A DNA stretch of 32,000 nt from Candidatus Binatia bacterium (GTDB lineage Bacteria > Desulfobacterota > Binatia > DP-6), in NCBI GenBank assembly GCA_036009625.1, contig DASYLJ010000177.1, forward strand, positions 11,501-43,500. Reading direction: 5' to 3'. The notes beneath the pieces are model-generated. The model searched no databases. It saw only the letters and a list, made by a program, of their open reading frames with translations, and was not told where the DNA came from. Positions 31,194 through 32,000 of this stretch are shown piece by piece. Every line of letters begins with the position of its first letter. The stretch's first letter is position 1. The position numbers were made by a program, and so were the translations under genes.

Positions 31194-31766
31194 GTGCGAG
31201 CAGTGGACGAGGTGCGCGAGGCGCTGCGCCGGCATCTGCCGCGTGTCCTCGACGAAGGAGACGGACCGCGCGCGGCCGTCGCCATCCTGCTTCACGAGCG
31301 CGCCGAGGGGCTCGAGATGCTCTTCATCGAACGCGCGCAGCGCACCGGTGATCCGTGGTCGGGACACATGGCATTCCCCGGTGGCCGCATGGGGCCGCTC
31401 GATCCGGATGCGCGGGCGGCGGCGGAGCGCGAGACGTTCGAGGAGGTGGGCATCGATCTCGCCACGGCGGAGCTGCTCGGACGTCTCGACGATCTCGCCG
31501 GTCCGGTCGTCCCGCTCACGTTGTCGGCGTTCGTCTACCATCTCGAGGCGCCGCCACGGCTGGTGCCGAACCACGAGGTCCGCGAAGTCTTCTGGGTGCC
31601 GCTGGCGCGACTGCTGGATCCCGACCACGCGGTCACGCATCCGTGGGGCGCGAACCGCTATCCGGGCATCCTCGTCGGCGAGCCGGAGCGGCACGTCGTC
31701 TGGGGGCTCACCCGTCAGCTCCTCGAACGCTACTTCGCCATCCTCGGCCGCGTGCTGCCGGGGTGA
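31194..31766 (+). CDS. Nudix hydrolase (CoA pyrophosphatase-like)
   Basis: Nudix box GGRMGPLDPDARAAAERETFEEVGI (Gx5Ex7REUxEExGU), preceded by AAVAILLHERAEGLEMLFIERA..DPWSGHMAFPGG, which is typical of the CoA-pyrophosphatase subgroup. GTG start at 31194 or 31203. Confidence 0.85.
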   Translation: MRAVDEVREALRRHLPRVLDEGDGPRAAVAILLHERAEGLEMLFIERAQRTGDPWSGHMAFPGGRMGPLDPDARAAAERETFEEVGIDLATAELLGRLDDLAGPVVPLTLSAFVYHLEAPPRLVPNHEVREVFWVPLARLLDPDHAVTHPWGANRYPGILVGEPERHVVWGLTRQLLERYFAILGRVLPG

Positions 31767-31881
31767 TCCTGGGCGTCAACGGCATGGCGCGCGCGTCGGA
31801 TCGTCGCCACTGCGCACGTCGCGCGGTCGATCGAGAGTGGCGCCCCGGCGCCTGGTGTGCTTCTTGCTGTCTGGTCAGAAC

Positions 31882-32000
31882 ATGACGGGACTCCGGCCGC
31901 TCTCCATCGGTGAGATCCTCGACGGCGCGTTCTCCATCTACCGTCGGCACTTCCTCGTGATGGTGACGACGACGGCCGTGCTCCTGCTGCCCGGTGCCTT
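31882..32000 (+). CDS. Partial CDS (3' end outside window): probable membrane protein
   Basis: ATG 31882 opens MTGLRPLSIGEILDGAFSIYRRHFLVMVTTTAVLLLPGA with no stop to the window end. The LSIGEILDGAF.IYRR.F N-terminus is a pattern I recall from a widespread family of polytopic membrane proteins. Only 39 codons are visible. Confidence 0.45.
   Translation, partial: MTGLRPLSIGEILDGAFSIYRRHFLVMVTTTAVLLLPGA

Noticed and set aside
31839-31852. GGCGCCCCGGCGCC palindrome followed by a mildly T-rich stretch, as a terminator after the Nudix gene
   Set aside because: It allows only a 5-bp stem with a 4-nt loop. This is too weak to report as a feature, although its position, 73 nt after the stop, is compatible.
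1-32000. Search for rRNA, tRNA, CRISPR arrays, IS elements, integrases and phage genes
   Set aside because: I saw no regularly spaced short direct repeats. No translation resembles a transposase (DDE), tyrosine or serine recombinase, capsid, terminase or tail protein. I could recognise no tRNA-like cloverleaf or rRNA-like segment by eye. tRNA absence in particular should be confirmed with tRNAscan-SE.

Overview
High-GC (about 70%) bacterial chromosomal window with about 27 protein-coding genes. I recognised no rRNA, tRNA, CRISPR array, transposase or integrase. All family and domain calls are by-eye motif recognition on the supplied ORF translations; no searches were run. GC3 and codon-phase reasoning was used to discard the many long alternative-frame and antisense ORFs typical of high-GC DNA.

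The flanks are ordinary metabolism and regulation.
- Left flank: partial oxidoreductase, SAM methyltransferase, J-domain-like protein, winged-helix+TPR regulator, tautomerase, and an echA-like/Rieske oxygenase/TetR operon.
- Right flank: SDR, M3 oligopeptidase, GH13 alpha-glucosidase, amidohydrolase, thiolase, a GST-like/DUF1330/sulfatase/mini-TM operon, a TauE exporter and a Nudix hydrolase.

The centre (about 8.1-19.8 kb, all on the minus strand, short gaps) is the most interesting part. Gene order is:
1. a stand-alone C14 caspase;
2. a 1142-aa alpha/beta-hydrolase(lipase)+macro-like+CHAT protease;
3. an 864-aa TPR+SLOG-like+class III nucleotide cyclase+2xRyR protein;
4. lnt;
5. a 1035-aa TIR+PDZ-like+polytopic membrane+GAF-like+degenerate cyclase-domain protein;
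6. then a secreted cysteine-rich repeat protein.

Catalytic motifs of the TIR, cyclase, lipase, CHAT and caspase modules are intact. I read this as a candidate, apparently undescribed, nucleotide-signal-driven conflict or programmed-cell-death system. Its logic resembles Pycsar and Thoeris, but it is built from different parts.

Smaller observations:
- two 16-bp GTGAAT-type palindromes upstream of the TetR-containing operon;
- three TCTCCA direct repeats at exact 11-bp phasing next to the winged-helix regulator;
- a 135-140 bp imperfect palindromic intergenic element present in two diverged copies.

The CGDG...CDDG cysteine-rich repeat and the gene content hint at Myxococcota or a related high-GC lineage, but taxonomy cannot be established from this window.
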